DNA of 64,000 nucleotides, taken from assembly GCA_050011215.1 (NCBI GenBank), contig JBEKJM010000003.1:1641-65640 (forward strand), written 5' to 3'. The notes below the pieces were generated by a model. The model searched no databases, was not told the origin of the DNA, and saw only the letters and a program-made list of their open reading frames with translations. Every line of letters begins with the position of its first letter. Position 1 is the stretch's first letter. This stretch comes from Nitrososphaerales archaeon (GTDB taxonomy: Archaea; Thermoproteota; Nitrososphaeria; Nitrososphaerales; Gagatemarchaeaceae). Below, one piece after another: positions 8,118 through 18,330 of the stretch. The translations under genes and the position numbers were made by a program.

Positions 8118-9521
8118 ATGGACAGGGTGGGCGTCCTCGTCGTCTCGAAGTGCCTCAGCGCGGCCGCCATCGTCGACGCCATCTCCAGAAGCGAGAAGTA
8201 CAGGCCCGAGTTCTTTGTCGTCGAGAAGCAGCGCAACCCCTTCAACGTCAGGAGGGCCAAGGTCCACGTGGTCGTCCCTGACCTCGCTGTCGCGGACGTC
8301 GTGAAGGCCGCCGGGAAGTTCAAGGAAAGGATTGCATTCGGGCTGACGGACACCGAGGACTTCGTAGTGGCGGGTGGTCGGGACGTCCTCGAGCGCGAGA
8401 CGGGGATTCCAATGATCTGCGTCTCGAAGGAGTACGCCCTGGAGGGGTCCAAGGCGGCGCAGCGGCGCCTGTTCGACAAGACATTCAGAGGCGCAAACCC
8501 CAGGTACAGGATCTTCGATCAGAAGGATTACCCCGGGACGCAACAGGCAGTGACCGACTTCAGAAAGGCGATCAGCGAGCTCGGTCCGGCTGTGATCAAG
8601 CCGGACGCGCCGGCGAGGGGCGCGGGTGTGGGTGTCTGGGGGAGCGATTTCAGCACGGACAGGGAGGCCGCGCAGTTCTTCCTGAACGCCTTCGCGAAGG
8701 GGAGCGTCGTCGTGGAGGAGAAGGTCGAGGGCGAGGAGTCCAGCTTCCACGCCTTCAGCGACGGAAGGCACTTCGTCCCCGCCCCCATGAGCAGGGACTA
8801 CAAGAGGAGCCTCGACGGCAACCGAGGCCCTCTGACCGGCGGGATGGGAAGCTACAGAGGACCTCGTGCGCACCTCCCCTTCGTCAGAGAATCGGACTGG
8901 AGCGGGCTCGTGCAGGCCGAGGAGAGGGCTTTCAGGCTGTGGAAAGGAAGAGGCTCGAACCCGGGCCTGCGCGGCATAGTCCTCTACGACGCGATCATGC
9001 ACACCGGCGGGGGCTTCAAGGTCCTGGAGAGAAACAGCAGGGGAGGGAACACGGAGCTCATCAACCTGCTGACAACGATCACGGACGACTTCGTCGACGT
9101 GTGCTACCGCATGCTGGACGGCGCGCTCAAGGGCATCAAGTTCGGGCGCACGGCTTCGGTGGTGACCTGCGCCGTCCCCGCCTCTTACGGGACCGGCACC
9201 CCAGCGCCTGGCATGGACGAGGCGATAGACCTGTCCGGGGCCTACGGCCTGAGCGAGAGGAGCGGGGGGAGTATCAGAATCCTTCCCATGGACGTGCGAA
9301 TCGAGAGGGGCCGGTGCCTGATGGGTCGCTCGCGCTCAGTGGCAGTCGTCGGGCTCGGCTCGACCCTGGAAGAAGCCCGTCGAGCCTCTCTGCGCGGGGC
9401 AGGGTCTCTTGTCGGGCCGGTCAGGTGGAGAAAGGACATCGCGAGTTCCTCGGACCTACGGAGCAGCCGAGACCATCTCAGGAGCCTCCGTCGCGTCGCG
9501 CACACTGTCGCTAGTGCTTGA
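8118..9521 (+). CDS. purD: phosphoribosylamine-glycine ligase (divergent PurD, ATP-grasp)
   Basis: GPLTGGMGSY and IVLYDAIMHTGGGFKVLERNSRGGNTE match PurD C-domain motifs. The N-terminus lacks the usual GGREHA motif. Confidence 0.7.
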   Translation: MDRVGVLVVSKCLSAAAIVDAISRSEKYRPEFFVVEKQRNPFNVRRAKVHVVVPDLAVADVVKAAGKFKERIAFGLTDTEDFVVAGGRDVLERETGIPMICVSKEYALEGSKAAQRRLFDKTFRGANPRYRIFDQKDYPGTQQAVTDFRKAISELGPAVIKPDAPARGAGVGVWGSDFSTDREAAQFFLNAFAKGSVVVEEKVEGEESSFHAFSDGRHFVPAPMSRDYKRSLDGNRGPLTGGMGSYRGPRAHLPFVRESDWSGLVQAEERAFRLWKGRGSNPGLRGIVLYDAIMHTGGGFKVLERNSRGGNTELINLLTTITDDFVDVCYRMLDGALKGIKFGRTASVVTCAVPASYGTGTPAPGMDEAIDLSGAYGLSERSGGSIRILPMDVRIERGRCLMGRSRSVAVVGLGSTLEEARRASLRGAGSLVGPVRWRKDIASSSDLRSSRDHLRSLRRVAHTVASA

Positions 9522-11112
9522 AGGCCCTCGTGTGGGTCAAGACCATAGCCATGCCGTGCTGGTCGGCAGCTTCGATCGACGCCTCGTCGTTCGTAGAGCC
9601 TCCGGGCTGAATCACGGCGGAGACCCCGGCCTGACCGAGGAGGTCGATACTGTCGCGGAAGGGGAAGAAGCCGTCTGAGGCGCAGACCGCCCCCTTCGAC
9701 CTCCCCGCCGCGTTGTCCAGCGCTATCTTCACGGCGCCATTCCTCTTCCTGAAGCTCGCCACCCCCAGGGTCCAGAACCGGGTCAGCCTCTCGCCCTCGA
9801 AGCTTCCTTCGACTATCACTATGCCATTCGACTGCACCTTCCTGACGACCTCCCACGCCTCGAGCAGCTTCCTCAGCTGGCGCGCGTCCGGCTTCACCTT
9901 CGTCGGGACGGTGGCCTTGGCGGCGTCCAGCTTGGCGCGGTAGTCGGGCGCCTCCTGCAGGAGGATCGCCCCTTCGATCACCTTCAGGTCGTAGGGGTAG
10001 TCCGGCCTCTGCGCGGTCTGAATGATCCTGACCTTCTTCTTCTGTTTCTTCTCTAAGGTGGCGAGAGCGTCCGGGGCGAATCCCGGGGCTATCACAATCT
10101 CTGTGTACACGGAGCCGTCCTTCGTGCCTTCGTTCCTGCCTATCAGTCTCGCGGCCTGCAGGTCAACCTCCCTGTTCGTCACGACGGTTCCCCCGAAGTC
10201 AGCCTCCGGGTCGCAGGAGTGTGCGAGCGAATACGCTTCAGCGACGGTCGGGGCGAAGGCGAAGCCGCTGATCTGGCCGTGCTTGACCGTCGCCACAGCC
10301 GCTGTGTCATCGTAGCCCTCGACTATGTCGTAGGCGCTGCCCACGTCGAGGAAGTTGTTGAAGGACAGAACGTCTCCGGCGAGCTGCTTCCAGCCCGACA
10401 TGGTCCTCCACCCGTCGATGGAGTAGATCACGGCCCTTCGATCGGGATTCTCCCCGTACTTCGCGTCCTGAATCTTCGAGGCGGAAATCAGGAGCTTCCG
10501 GGGGAACTCCCCGGCCGCGTCGTGTCTGAGCCCGTTGAAGATGGCGGCGTCGTAGGAGGAGGTCTGGGAGAACGCCTCCACCGCGAGGCGCCTCCTGAAG
10601 TCTCTCGTGGTCCCTCCGCCGTGCTTCTTCATCTCCTCTATGACCGGATCGTACAGCAGTGGCGACGGCACGACGGCCACGCTCTCGAAGTTCTTGGAAG
10701 CGGCCCTGACCATCGTCGGGCCGCCGATGTCGATGCTCTCGACAAGCGCCTCGTCCGCCGCACCCCGTCGCAGGGCCTCCTGGAAGGGATAGAAGTTGCA
10801 GACCACCATGTCCACGGGCTTGACCCCCATGGCGCTCAGTTCCGCCAGGTGCTCGCTCGTCCGCCTCGCCAGGATCGCCGCCTGGAGGGGCGCGTGCAGA
10901 GTCTTCACTCTGCCGGAGAGCGCGGTGGGGAGCTTCATGTCGTCCTGCAGGCTCTTGACGGAAAGGCCGGCCTCCTTGAGGGCCGCATAGGTCCCGCCTG
11001 TGGCCAGGATCTCGACGCCGAAGCCTGAGAGCGCGCCCGCGAAGCCGACCAGGCCCGCCTTGTCCGAAACACTGAGCACCGCGGTCCCGACCTTCACAAC
11101 TCCTTCTGACAT
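9511..11112 (-). CDS. purH: bifunctional AICAR transformylase / IMP cyclohydrolase
   Basis: 533 aa. MGS-like N-domain VLSVSDKAGLVGFA..ILATGGT and an AICARFT C-domain ending ..HGMAMVLTHTRAFKH. Confidence 0.9.
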   Translation of the reverse strand: MSEGVVKVGTAVLSVSDKAGLVGFAGALSGFGVEILATGGTYAALKEAGLSVKSLQDDMKLPTALSGRVKTLHAPLQAAILARRTSEHLAELSAMGVKPVDMVVCNFYPFQEALRRGAADEALVESIDIGGPTMVRAASKNFESVAVVPSPLLYDPVIEEMKKHGGGTTRDFRRRLAVEAFSQTSSYDAAIFNGLRHDAAGEFPRKLLISASKIQDAKYGENPDRRAVIYSIDGWRTMSGWKQLAGDVLSFNNFLDVGSAYDIVEGYDDTAAVATVKHGQISGFAFAPTVAEAYSLAHSCDPEADFGGTVVTNREVDLQAARLIGRNEGTKDGSVYTEIVIAPGFAPDALATLEKKQKKKVRIIQTAQRPDYPYDLKVIEGAILLQEAPDYRAKLDAAKATVPTKVKPDARQLRKLLEAWEVVRKVQSNGIVIVEGSFEGERLTRFWTLGVASFRKRNGAVKIALDNAAGRSKGAVCASDGFFPFRDSIDLLGQAGVSAVIQPGGSTNDEASIEAADQHGMAMVLTHTRAFKH

Positions 11113-11180
11113 CGGAACGGGTGCCCCCGAGCCGGTAGATAACGAGGCTTCTCATATCCGCCCGTTCTTTGCACCAACCT

Positions 11181-11214
11181 GACAATTCCATCTTATATAT
11201 CATACAGAATTGTC
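11181..11214 (+). promoter_or_regulatory. pur operon promoter: TATA box bracketed by an 8-bp inverted repeat
   Basis: TTATATAT (11193-11200) is centred ~25 nt upstream of the purS GTG (11221). It is flanked by GACAATTC (11181-11188) and GAATTGTC (11207-11214). Confidence 0.5.
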
Positions 11215-11220
11215 GCCTTC

Positions 11221-11481
11221 GTGCAACGATCCAAGGTCTTCACTGTGAAGGTCGTCATCTCCAACAGGGACGGTGCGGGCGACCCCGAAGGCGAAACCAT
11301 CTACAGGGACCTCGTGTCGAAGTCAGTGTTCAAGCAGGTCAAGGGGATACGCAGCGGGAAGTTCCTGAAGGTCTCCGTGGAGGCCGCTGACGCGGCATCC
11401 GCGAAGGCGCTCGTCTCCAAGATGTGCGACGAGCTGAGAATCTACAACCCGGCCGCCCATTCCATCACCGTGGAGGTGTGA
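11221..11481 (+). CDS. purS: FGAM synthase subunit PurS
   Basis: 86 aa. Typical PurS length and pattern (..GDPEGETIYRDL..IRSGKFLKVSVEA..), directly upstream of purQ/purL. Confidence 0.85.
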   Translation: MQRSKVFTVKVVISNRDGAGDPEGETIYRDLVSKSVFKQVKGIRSGKFLKVSVEAADAASAKALVSKMCDELRIYNPAAHSITVEV

Positions 11482-12188
11482 CTGAGATTCAAGCGAAGGT
11501 CGCCGTGGTGAGGTTCCCGGGCAGCAACTGCGACCTGGACGCCGTCAGCGCACTGAGGACGTTCCACAACGTGGAAGCCGACCTCGTCTGGCACGAGGAA
11601 CCTTCGATAGGAGAGTACGACGCGATCGTCCTCCCTGGAGGCTTCTCGTTCGGGGACTACCTCAGGGCGGGCGCCATAGCAGCGAGGAGCCCGGCCCTCA
11701 AGCGAGTCACGGAGGCCGCGGAGCGCGGAACGCCGATACTCGGAATCTGCAACGGCTTTCAGATACTCATAGAGGCGGGCCTCCTGCCCGGCTCGCTCCT
11801 TAGGAACAATTCTCTGAGGTTCGTGTGCAAGTGGGTCGCGATCAGAGTCGAGAACGACTCCACGAGCTTCACGCGTGGGATGAAGAAGGGGCAGGTCCTC
11901 CGGATCCCGATAGCGCACAACGAGGGGAGGTTCTACACCTCAAAGAGAGAGCAGCGGGAATTGGCCGACGGAGGACAAGTGGTCTTCCGGTACTGCGACG
12001 AGAGAGGAAGGCCGACGCCGTCCGCGAACCCCACGGGGACCCTGGACGGCATCGCCGGGGTGTGCAACAGAGCAGGCAACGTCGTAGGCCTGATGCCTCA
12101 TCCCGAAAGGGCGACCGAACCCATCCTGAGTCCCTTCGGGTCCGCCGACGGTTCGCTCATCTTCAAATCGATGCTGGAGAGCATCTGA
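11478..12188 (+). CDS. purQ: FGAM synthase glutaminase subunit PurQ
   Basis: VAVVRFPGSNCDLD, GGFSFGDYLRAG, GICNGFQIL (catalytic Cys) and MPHPER. GTG 11478 overlaps the purS stop (GTGA). Confidence 0.9.
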   Translation: MTEIQAKVAVVRFPGSNCDLDAVSALRTFHNVEADLVWHEEPSIGEYDAIVLPGGFSFGDYLRAGAIAARSPALKRVTEAAERGTPILGICNGFQILIEAGLLPGSLLRNNSLRFVCKWVAIRVENDSTSFTRGMKKGQVLRIPIAHNEGRFYTSKREQRELADGGQVVFRYCDERGRPTPSANPTGTLDGIAGVCNRAGNVVGLMPHPERATEPILSPFGSADGSLIFKSMLESI

Positions 12189-12189
12189 G

Positions 12190-14385
12190 TTGCTGGCAAT
12201 CGGGCCGCGGCTGGGCCTGAGCAGCGACGAGGTCGAGGCCGTCCGCGAGCTCCTCGGCCGGGAGCCGAACGAGACAGAGTGGGCGATCATCGACGCCGAG
12301 TGGGCCGAGCACAGTTCCTACAAGTCGTCGAGAGCTCTCCTGAAGCAGTTCCCTACGAGCGGAGAGCGGGTGGTCCTCGGTCCCGGATTCGACGCCGGGG
12401 TCGTGGACGTGGGGAAGGGGTACGTCGCGACCCTCCACATCGAGAGCCACAACCACCCCTCGGCCATCGACCCGTACGGGGGGGCCTCCACGGGCATCGG
12501 GGGGGTTCTCAGGGACATAATCTCAGTCGGCTCCAGGCCGATAGCGCTGCTGGACGTGCTGAGGTTCGGCGACCCCGAAGAGAGCGGGCACTCGAGGTGG
12601 CTTCTCAGGAACGTCGTCAGGGGAATCGCCGACTACGGCAACTGCGTGGGCGTTCCCACGGTGGCCGGGGACGTCGAGTTCGACGACAGCTTCGAGAAGA
12701 ACTGTCTCGTGGACGTCGCCTGCGTGGGGGTGGCGAAGAAGGGGTCCATCATCCTGGGGGAGGCCAAGCACCCGGGGGACGTGCTGCTGCTGATCGGCGG
12801 GAGCACTGGCAGGGACGGCATGGGCGGGGCCGCCTTCGCCTCGAAGAAGCTGGCGAAGGGCCCAGAGACGAGCAGGAGGTCTGTGCAGGTCCCGGATCCC
12901 TTCATGAAGAAGCTCCTGCTCGACGCTCTGCTCGAAGCGTCCCAGACCGGATTGATTCACGGGATGAAGGACCTCGGAGGAGGAGGCCTTTCCACCGCAC
13001 TCTCGGAGGTCGCCTCCAAGGGGGGCACTGGCGTTGACGTCGAGCTCACCAGGGTCGCGGCACGGGAGCAGGGGATGACCCCCGCTGAAATCATGACGTC
13101 TGAATCGCAGGAGCGGATGCTTCTGGTGCTCGGTCCAGACGACGCGACCCCCGTTCTGGAGATCCTTGACAGGTACGAAGTCCCCCACGCGGCGATAGGG
13201 AAGGTGACCTCGGACGGCGCGATGAAGCTCAGGTGGAACGGGCGCGTCGTGGCGGACCTGCCCGCGAAGGCCGTGGCTGAGGCCCCCGTGATCAAGTGGC
13301 CCACCAAGAGGCCGTCAAGGCGCGCCCAGCCGGTGACCCGTCGCCAGAGAGAGCCTCCGGTGGCCAGCGCCATAGCCGCCCTGCTCTCGTCGCCGAACAT
13401 CGCCAGCAGGAGGTGGATCTACGAGCAGTACGACCACGAGGTGGGCATTCGAACGGTGCTGAAGCCGGGGAACGCCGACGCCTCTCTTCTGAGGCTGCCG
13501 AACGGGTCGATGCTCGCCGTGAAGGCCGACGGCAACAGCAAGCACAGCTTCCTGGACCCCCGCCGCGGAGCAGCGGGATGCGTCGCCGAGGCGTGCAGGA
13601 ACGTCGTCTCCGTAGGCGCCGAGCCGATCGCGATGGTCGACCACCTTCAGTTCGGCGACCCCTCGGACCCGGAAGTGTACTGGGCGTTCACCGAGGCGCT
13701 CGAAGGCATGGCGCAGTACTGCAAGGACCTCCCCTTGCCCGTTGTGGGAGGAAAGGTCAGCTTCTACAACGAGGACGCGTCGACGAAGCGCGCGATCAAG
13801 CCCTCGCCCATCGCGATGGTGGTAGGCCTCCTGCAGGAAGCAGGCAGGCTTCCGTCTTCGGCGTTCCACCGGGCTGCCGAGCCGGTCTTCGTCGTGGGGA
13901 CCACAAAGGCTGAGCTGGGGGGCTCCGAGTACTGCGAAACCGTCCTGAAGGCGCAGGGAGGCAGAGTCCCCGCCCCCGATGCCCGCGAGGACTCCCGGAC
14001 CTACAGGGCGATTCTGTCGCTGATCCGGTCGGGCGCGGCGGGCGCGGTCCACGACTGCTCGAAGGGCGGCCTCGCCATCGCGGTGGCCGAGATGTGCATC
14101 CAAGGCGGCGTCGGGGCGGCGGTGGACGCAGGGAGAATCCCCGGCTGGCCCCTTTCGCCTACCGAGGCGCTCTTCTCGGAATCGCACGGACGATTCGTCG
14201 TCTCGGCAAGAGAAGGAGCGAAGGCAGAGGCCCTCCTGAGGAGAGAGGGGATACCCTACTCGCTGGTCGGTGAGACTGGAGGGGACGCACTCAGGATCTC
14301 AGTCGGAGGGAAGACCGTAGCCAGTCTTGAGATCGACGCGATCAGGGACATCTGGGAGAGACCGCTCGCGAGGCTGATGGGATGA
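12190..14385 (+). CDS. purL: FGAM synthase II (PurL)
   Basis: 731 aa. Duplicated PurM-like domains with ESHNHPSAIDPYGGA and GMKDLGGGG. Confidence 0.9.
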   Translation: MLAIGPRLGLSSDEVEAVRELLGREPNETEWAIIDAEWAEHSSYKSSRALLKQFPTSGERVVLGPGFDAGVVDVGKGYVATLHIESHNHPSAIDPYGGASTGIGGVLRDIISVGSRPIALLDVLRFGDPEESGHSRWLLRNVVRGIADYGNCVGVPTVAGDVEFDDSFEKNCLVDVACVGVAKKGSIILGEAKHPGDVLLLIGGSTGRDGMGGAAFASKKLAKGPETSRRSVQVPDPFMKKLLLDALLEASQTGLIHGMKDLGGGGLSTALSEVASKGGTGVDVELTRVAAREQGMTPAEIMTSESQERMLLVLGPDDATPVLEILDRYEVPHAAIGKVTSDGAMKLRWNGRVVADLPAKAVAEAPVIKWPTKRPSRRAQPVTRRQREPPVASAIAALLSSPNIASRRWIYEQYDHEVGIRTVLKPGNADASLLRLPNGSMLAVKADGNSKHSFLDPRRGAAGCVAEACRNVVSVGAEPIAMVDHLQFGDPSDPEVYWAFTEALEGMAQYCKDLPLPVVGGKVSFYNEDASTKRAIKPSPIAMVVGLLQEAGRLPSSAFHRAAEPVFVVGTTKAELGGSEYCETVLKAQGGRVPAPDAREDSRTYRAILSLIRSGAAGAVHDCSKGGLAIAVAEMCIQGGVGAAVDAGRIPGWPLSPTEALFSESHGRFVVSAREGAKAEALLRREGIPYSLVGETGGDALRISVGGKTVASLEIDAIRDIWERPLARLMG

Positions 14386-15821
14386 GAGGCGTGAAGGAGA
14401 AGTGCGGGATTGTCGGGGCGTACTCCGCGAAGGGTTCGGACGTGGTGCCCAAGATCCTGCGCGGGCTGGAGGCCCTCCAGCACAGAGGCCAGGAGTCGTG
14501 GGGGATCGCCGTCGAGCGGAAGCCCATCTTCCAGAGGATGGGGCTCGTCACCAATTGGTACCTGGATGCAAAGGAGCTCCTCAGGTGCCGCGGTCCGTCG
14601 GGCATAGGCCACGTCAGGTACTCGACCAAAGGCAGGTCCGTCCTCGGCAACGCTCAACCTATCCAGATAGGAGAGGAGTTCTCGATTGCCCACAATGGCA
14701 CGATCGTGAACGCGGAGCAGCTCGCCGCGCCCGTGAACGAGGAGTTCGGCATCTCGTGCGAGGCAGACACCCGCGCCGCAGGGTACAGGCTGCTCCACCA
14801 CCTGAAGGAGACGGGAAGCATGTTCGAGGCATTCGAGCGCTTTTCTCCCGAGGCCTTCGGTTCCTACTGCTTCGTCATCCTGGGGAAGGAGGGAGAGGTC
14901 TTCGCCGCGCGGGACCCCAGAGGCTACAGGCCCCTGTCCCTCGGATGGCATGAAGCCTCCAAGACGTTCGTAGCCGCGTCCGAGTCCTGCGCCCTCGAGG
15001 CCGTCGAAGCCGACTTCGTGAGGGACATCGAACCAGGCGAGGTCGTCAGGTTCGGCCCGCCCGACGGGACGCTCGAGTCCCACAGGTTCTCTCCCAAGGT
15101 GCCGACCGCGTACTGCTCGTTCGAGTACACCTACTTCGCCCATCCGTCCTCGCGCCTCAACGGGATCAGCGTCTACGAGTCGAGGAAGAGGGTCGGCCGG
15201 ATCCTCGCGAAGCGCTTCCGAATGGAGGCAGACGTTGTCATCCCGGTCCCCGATTCGGCGAGGCCAGCCGCGCTGGGCTTCGCGCTGGAGAGCGGCCTCC
15301 CGATGGACGAAGGCCTGATGAAGGACAGGTACAGAAGGAAGGGGAGCATCCGCAGCTTCATCGAGCCGGGGCAGGGAGAGAGGGAGGATGTGGTGAAGCG
15401 GATAGTCCCGATACGCGACGCGATACACGGAAAGGACATAGTTCTGGTCGATGACAGTCTGGTCAGAGGCACGAGCTCCAAGATAATCGCGAAGTCCCTG
15501 AGGAAGGCGGGGGCCAAGAGCGTGAAGATGGTCGTGACATTCCCCGCGATCAGGCACCCCTGCTTCATGGGCATGGACTTCCCGAGCAGGGACGAGCTGC
15601 TGGCCCACCGGGTCGCGCAGGGCGAGGAGGTCCCCGAAAGAACTGACGAAAGGGTCGCCAGAGCGATAGGGGTGGACGAGTTCCACTACAACGACATCGA
15701 GGGCCTGAGCGAGGCGATAGGCCTCCCCGCCGACAGCCTCTGCTTCTCGTGCATCACGGGCGACTACTCCAAGATCGGGGTCAGCCCGCCGCTGCTGTCG
15801 CAGGAGGAGGTGAAGGTCTGA
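14382..15821 (+). CDS. purF: amidophosphoribosyltransferase
   Basis: N-terminal CGIVG (Ntn Cys), a PRT motif VVLVDDSLVRGTS, and a 4-nt overlap with purL. Confidence 0.9.
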   Translation: MRGVKEKCGIVGAYSAKGSDVVPKILRGLEALQHRGQESWGIAVERKPIFQRMGLVTNWYLDAKELLRCRGPSGIGHVRYSTKGRSVLGNAQPIQIGEEFSIAHNGTIVNAEQLAAPVNEEFGISCEADTRAAGYRLLHHLKETGSMFEAFERFSPEAFGSYCFVILGKEGEVFAARDPRGYRPLSLGWHEASKTFVAASESCALEAVEADFVRDIEPGEVVRFGPPDGTLESHRFSPKVPTAYCSFEYTYFAHPSSRLNGISVYESRKRVGRILAKRFRMEADVVIPVPDSARPAALGFALESGLPMDEGLMKDRYRRKGSIRSFIEPGQGEREDVVKRIVPIRDAIHGKDIVLVDDSLVRGTSSKIIAKSLRKAGAKSVKMVVTFPAIRHPCFMGMDFPSRDELLAHRVAQGEEVPERTDERVARAIGVDEFHYNDIEGLSEAIGLPADSLCFSCITGDYSKIGVSPPLLSQEEVKV

Positions 15822-15823
15822 GC

Positions 15824-16441
15824 TTGCTCCAGATCGGGGTCCTCGTCTCAGGCAGGGGTTCGAACCTCGATGCAATCCTTGGGGCGATTGAGCACGGTGC
15901 CATCAAGCGCGCCCGGGTAACAGTCGTGATCAGCAACGACCCTACCGCCAAGGCCCTGAGCGTGGCCAGGCGGCACGGGGTCAAGGCGTTGGCCCTGGAG
16001 AGCAAGGGAACCCCAAGAGAGGAGTACGACGCGAAGCTGGCCGAGGCCCTCAGGAGCCACGGAGTCGGGCCCGAGAGCGGGCTCGTCCTGTTGGCAGGAT
16101 TCATGAGGATACTCTCGAAGCAGTTCGTCGAGGCCTACCAGGGTAGAATGATGAACATACATCCCTCGCTCCTTCCTGCCTTTCCCGGCCTGAGAGCTCA
16201 GCAGCAGGCAATCTCGCACGGCGTCAAGGTCGCCGGGTGCACGGTCCATTTCGTGGTTCCAGAAGTCGATGCTGGGCCGATAATCGTCCAGAAATCGGTG
16301 CCGGTCAAGGAGGACGACGACGAGGAGTCGCTGTCGGCCAGAATCCTGAGGCAGGAGCACAGGATTTACCCCCTCGCAGTGAAGCTGTTCGCCGAGGGAC
16401 GCCTGCGTGTAGAGGGAAGCAAGGTGAAGATCGCCAGATGA
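15824..16441 (+). CDS. purN: phosphoribosylglycinamide formyltransferase (folate-dependent)
   Basis: IGVLVSGRGSNL, MNIHPSLLP and HFVVPEVDAGPII motifs. TTG 15824 follows the purF stop, and the earlier part of the track ORF overlaps purF. Confidence 0.85.
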   Translation: MLQIGVLVSGRGSNLDAILGAIEHGAIKRARVTVVISNDPTAKALSVARRHGVKALALESKGTPREEYDAKLAEALRSHGVGPESGLVLLAGFMRILSKQFVEAYQGRMMNIHPSLLPAFPGLRAQQQAISHGVKVAGCTVHFVVPEVDAGPIIVQKSVPVKEDDDEESLSARILRQEHRIYPLAVKLFAEGRLRVEGSKVKIAR

Positions 16442-17319
16442 CCGCGATACCCATGGATGGCAGGGCGCTCTCAGCGAGCCTCGAGGAGCGCCTGAAAGCC
16501 GCCGCCGAGAAGATGAAAGCCTCAGGCGCAGAGCCGATGCTCGCGACCATCCTGGTGGGGGACGACCAGGCTTCGAGAGTCTACGTCGCGAGCAAGCACA
16601 AGGCCGCCGGACGGGTCGGGATCGGGTCGCGAAGCTGCGTCCTCCCCGAGCAGGCCACGGAGAATGAGCTCGCGTCTCTGATCGCAGGGCTCAACGCCGA
16701 CAAGTCCGTGAACGGAATCCTCCTTCAGCTCCCCCTTCCTCCTCAGTTCGACGAGCTGAAAATGCTCGAGAGAATTGACCCCGAGAAGGACGTGGATGGC
16801 CTGACTGCCACGAACGCCGGGAGGCTTGTCTATGGAAGGGCCGACCTGATACCATGCACGCCCAGGGGCATCATGGAACTGCTGCACCACTACCGCATAC
16901 CCATAAGATCCTCGAGGGCCGTCATCATAAACCGCAGCACGCTCGTTGGGAAGCCCCTGCACCACCTTCTCCTCGCCGAGGACGCCACAGTGACCGTCTG
17001 CCACTCGAAGTCCACCGAACTCCCCTCCCTTACGCAGCAAGCGGACATACTGGTGACGGCCGTTGGCCGGCGGCCCCACTTCGTGGTGACCGCGGACATG
17101 GTCAAAGAAGGTGCCGTGGTGGTGGACGTGGCGATGAACCGCGTGGACGGGAAGCTCGTCGGGGACGTGGACTACCAAGGCGTGTCGGAGAAGGCTTCGT
17201 ACATAACCCCCGTGCCCGGAGGAGTGGGGCCGATGACGGTCGTCATGCTCATGCAGAACACGCTGATCGCTACTGAGCGGCAGAACCACCTCGTGGTCTC
17301 GCAGATGGAATCGTCATGA
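16438..17319 (+). CDS. folD: methylene-THF dehydrogenase / methenyl-THF cyclohydrolase
   Basis: MTAIPMDGRALS.., VGDDQASRVYV, LLQLPLP and TPVPGGVGPMTV. ATG 16438 overlaps the purN stop (ATGA). Confidence 0.9.
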   Translation: MTAIPMDGRALSASLEERLKAAAEKMKASGAEPMLATILVGDDQASRVYVASKHKAAGRVGIGSRSCVLPEQATENELASLIAGLNADKSVNGILLQLPLPPQFDELKMLERIDPEKDVDGLTATNAGRLVYGRADLIPCTPRGIMELLHHYRIPIRSSRAVIINRSTLVGKPLHHLLLAEDATVTVCHSKSTELPSLTQQADILVTAVGRRPHFVVTADMVKEGAVVVDVAMNRVDGKLVGDVDYQGVSEKASYITPVPGGVGPMTVVMLMQNTLIATERQNHLVVSQMESS

Positions 17320-17894
17320 GCAAGGCGGACGTCAGGCGTGACGCCCTGAAGGCGAGGCGCTCCCTCTCGGCGGAGCAGGTAGAAACGCTGAGCGCGCGGA
17401 TACAGGACGCCCTCATGGCGCTCCCTGAGTTCCTGGAGGCCGTAGTCGTCGCAAGCTACGCGGCGAAGATCGACGAGGCCCAGACGGGGAAGATAATGCT
17501 GTCCGCGCTGTCGTCAGGGAAGAGGCTCCTCGTGCCGAGGACCGACCCTCACACCCTGAGCCTCCGCTTCTGCGAGATTTCGTCTCTTGACCAGCTGGCT
17601 CCCGGGTACCTAGGCATCCTCGAGCCGCCTCTCGCGTCGAAGGCTGTCCCGCTGAGCGAGTCTCAGCTAGTCGTCGTTCCGGTGGTAGCGTGGGACGACA
17701 CGGGCCAACGCCTGGGCTACGGGAAGGGGTACTTCGACAGGGAGCTCAGGTCCATTGGGAGGGCAGCGTCCGCCGGTCTGGCGTTCGAATCCCAGCGCCG
17801 CGACCGGCTCCCAGCGACGCCCTCTGACGTCCCCCTGGACATCATCGTGACCGAGAGGAGGGTCCTACGCTTCGGAGGGGCGTCCATTGGCTGA
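17316..17894 (+). CDS. 5-formyltetrahydrofolate cyclo-ligase
   Basis: 192 aa. ..PGYLGILEP.. and [24 protein letters not shown] are family hallmarks. Confidence 0.75.
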   Translation: MSKADVRRDALKARRSLSAEQVETLSARIQDALMALPEFLEAVVVASYAAKIDEAQTGKIMLSALSSGKRLLVPRTDPHTLSLRFCEISSLDQLAPGYLGILEPPLASKAVPLSESQLVVVPVVAWDDTGQRLGYGKGYFDRELRSIGRAASAGLAFESQRRDRLPATPSDVPLDIIVTERRVLRFGGASIG

Positions 17895-18330
17895 ACCCCC
17901 CAGGGTCGCCATCGTGGCCGGGAGCAAGAGTGACCAGGCGGTCGCCGACGAGGCGGCAAAGGTCCTGCAGGAGCTTGGCGTCTCCTTCGATGTCAGGTTC
18001 ATCTCCGCCCACAGGAACCCGGACGGATTGAGGCAATACCTGGCCGCGTCCCAGGCCAAGGTCTTCATAGCGATCGCGGGCCTGTCGGCCCACCTCCCCG
18101 GGGTCGTGGCGTCGATGACCCTGAGACCCGTGATCGGCGTCCCGGTCAGCGCCAAGCTGGGTGGTCTAGATTCCCTTCTCTCGATTGTCCAGATGCCGTC
18201 GGGAGTGCCGGTCGGTTGCGTCGGAATCGACAGTGCCCGGAACGCGGGCATCCTGGCAGCAGAGATCCTCGCGCTCGACGACACGGCCTTAGCCGCCAAC
18301 CTGGCGAAGATGAGGGAAGCATGGAGATGA
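17887..18330 (+). CDS. purE: N5-CAIR mutase / AIR carboxylase catalytic subunit
   Basis: [17 protein letters not shown] and [18 protein letters not shown] motifs. Confidence 0.9.
   Translation: MAEPPRVAIVAGSKSDQAVADEAAKVLQELGVSFDVRFISAHRNPDGLRQYLAASQAKVFIAIAGLSAHLPGVVASMTLRPVIGVPVSAKLGGLDSLLSIVQMPSGVPVGCVGIDSARNAGILAAEILALDDTALAANLAKMREAWR

Noticed and set aside
14256-15875. 539-aa ORF antisense to purF. Similar long antisense or out-of-frame ORFs occur at 473-1348, 8115-9002, 10307-11203, 12279-13037, 13315-14187, 16522-17289 and 51393-52181.
   Set aside because: They have Arg/Gly/Pro-rich low-complexity translations, overlap well-supported genes completely, and occur only in the >60% GC part. 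This is the classic stop-codon-poor shadow-ORF artefact.
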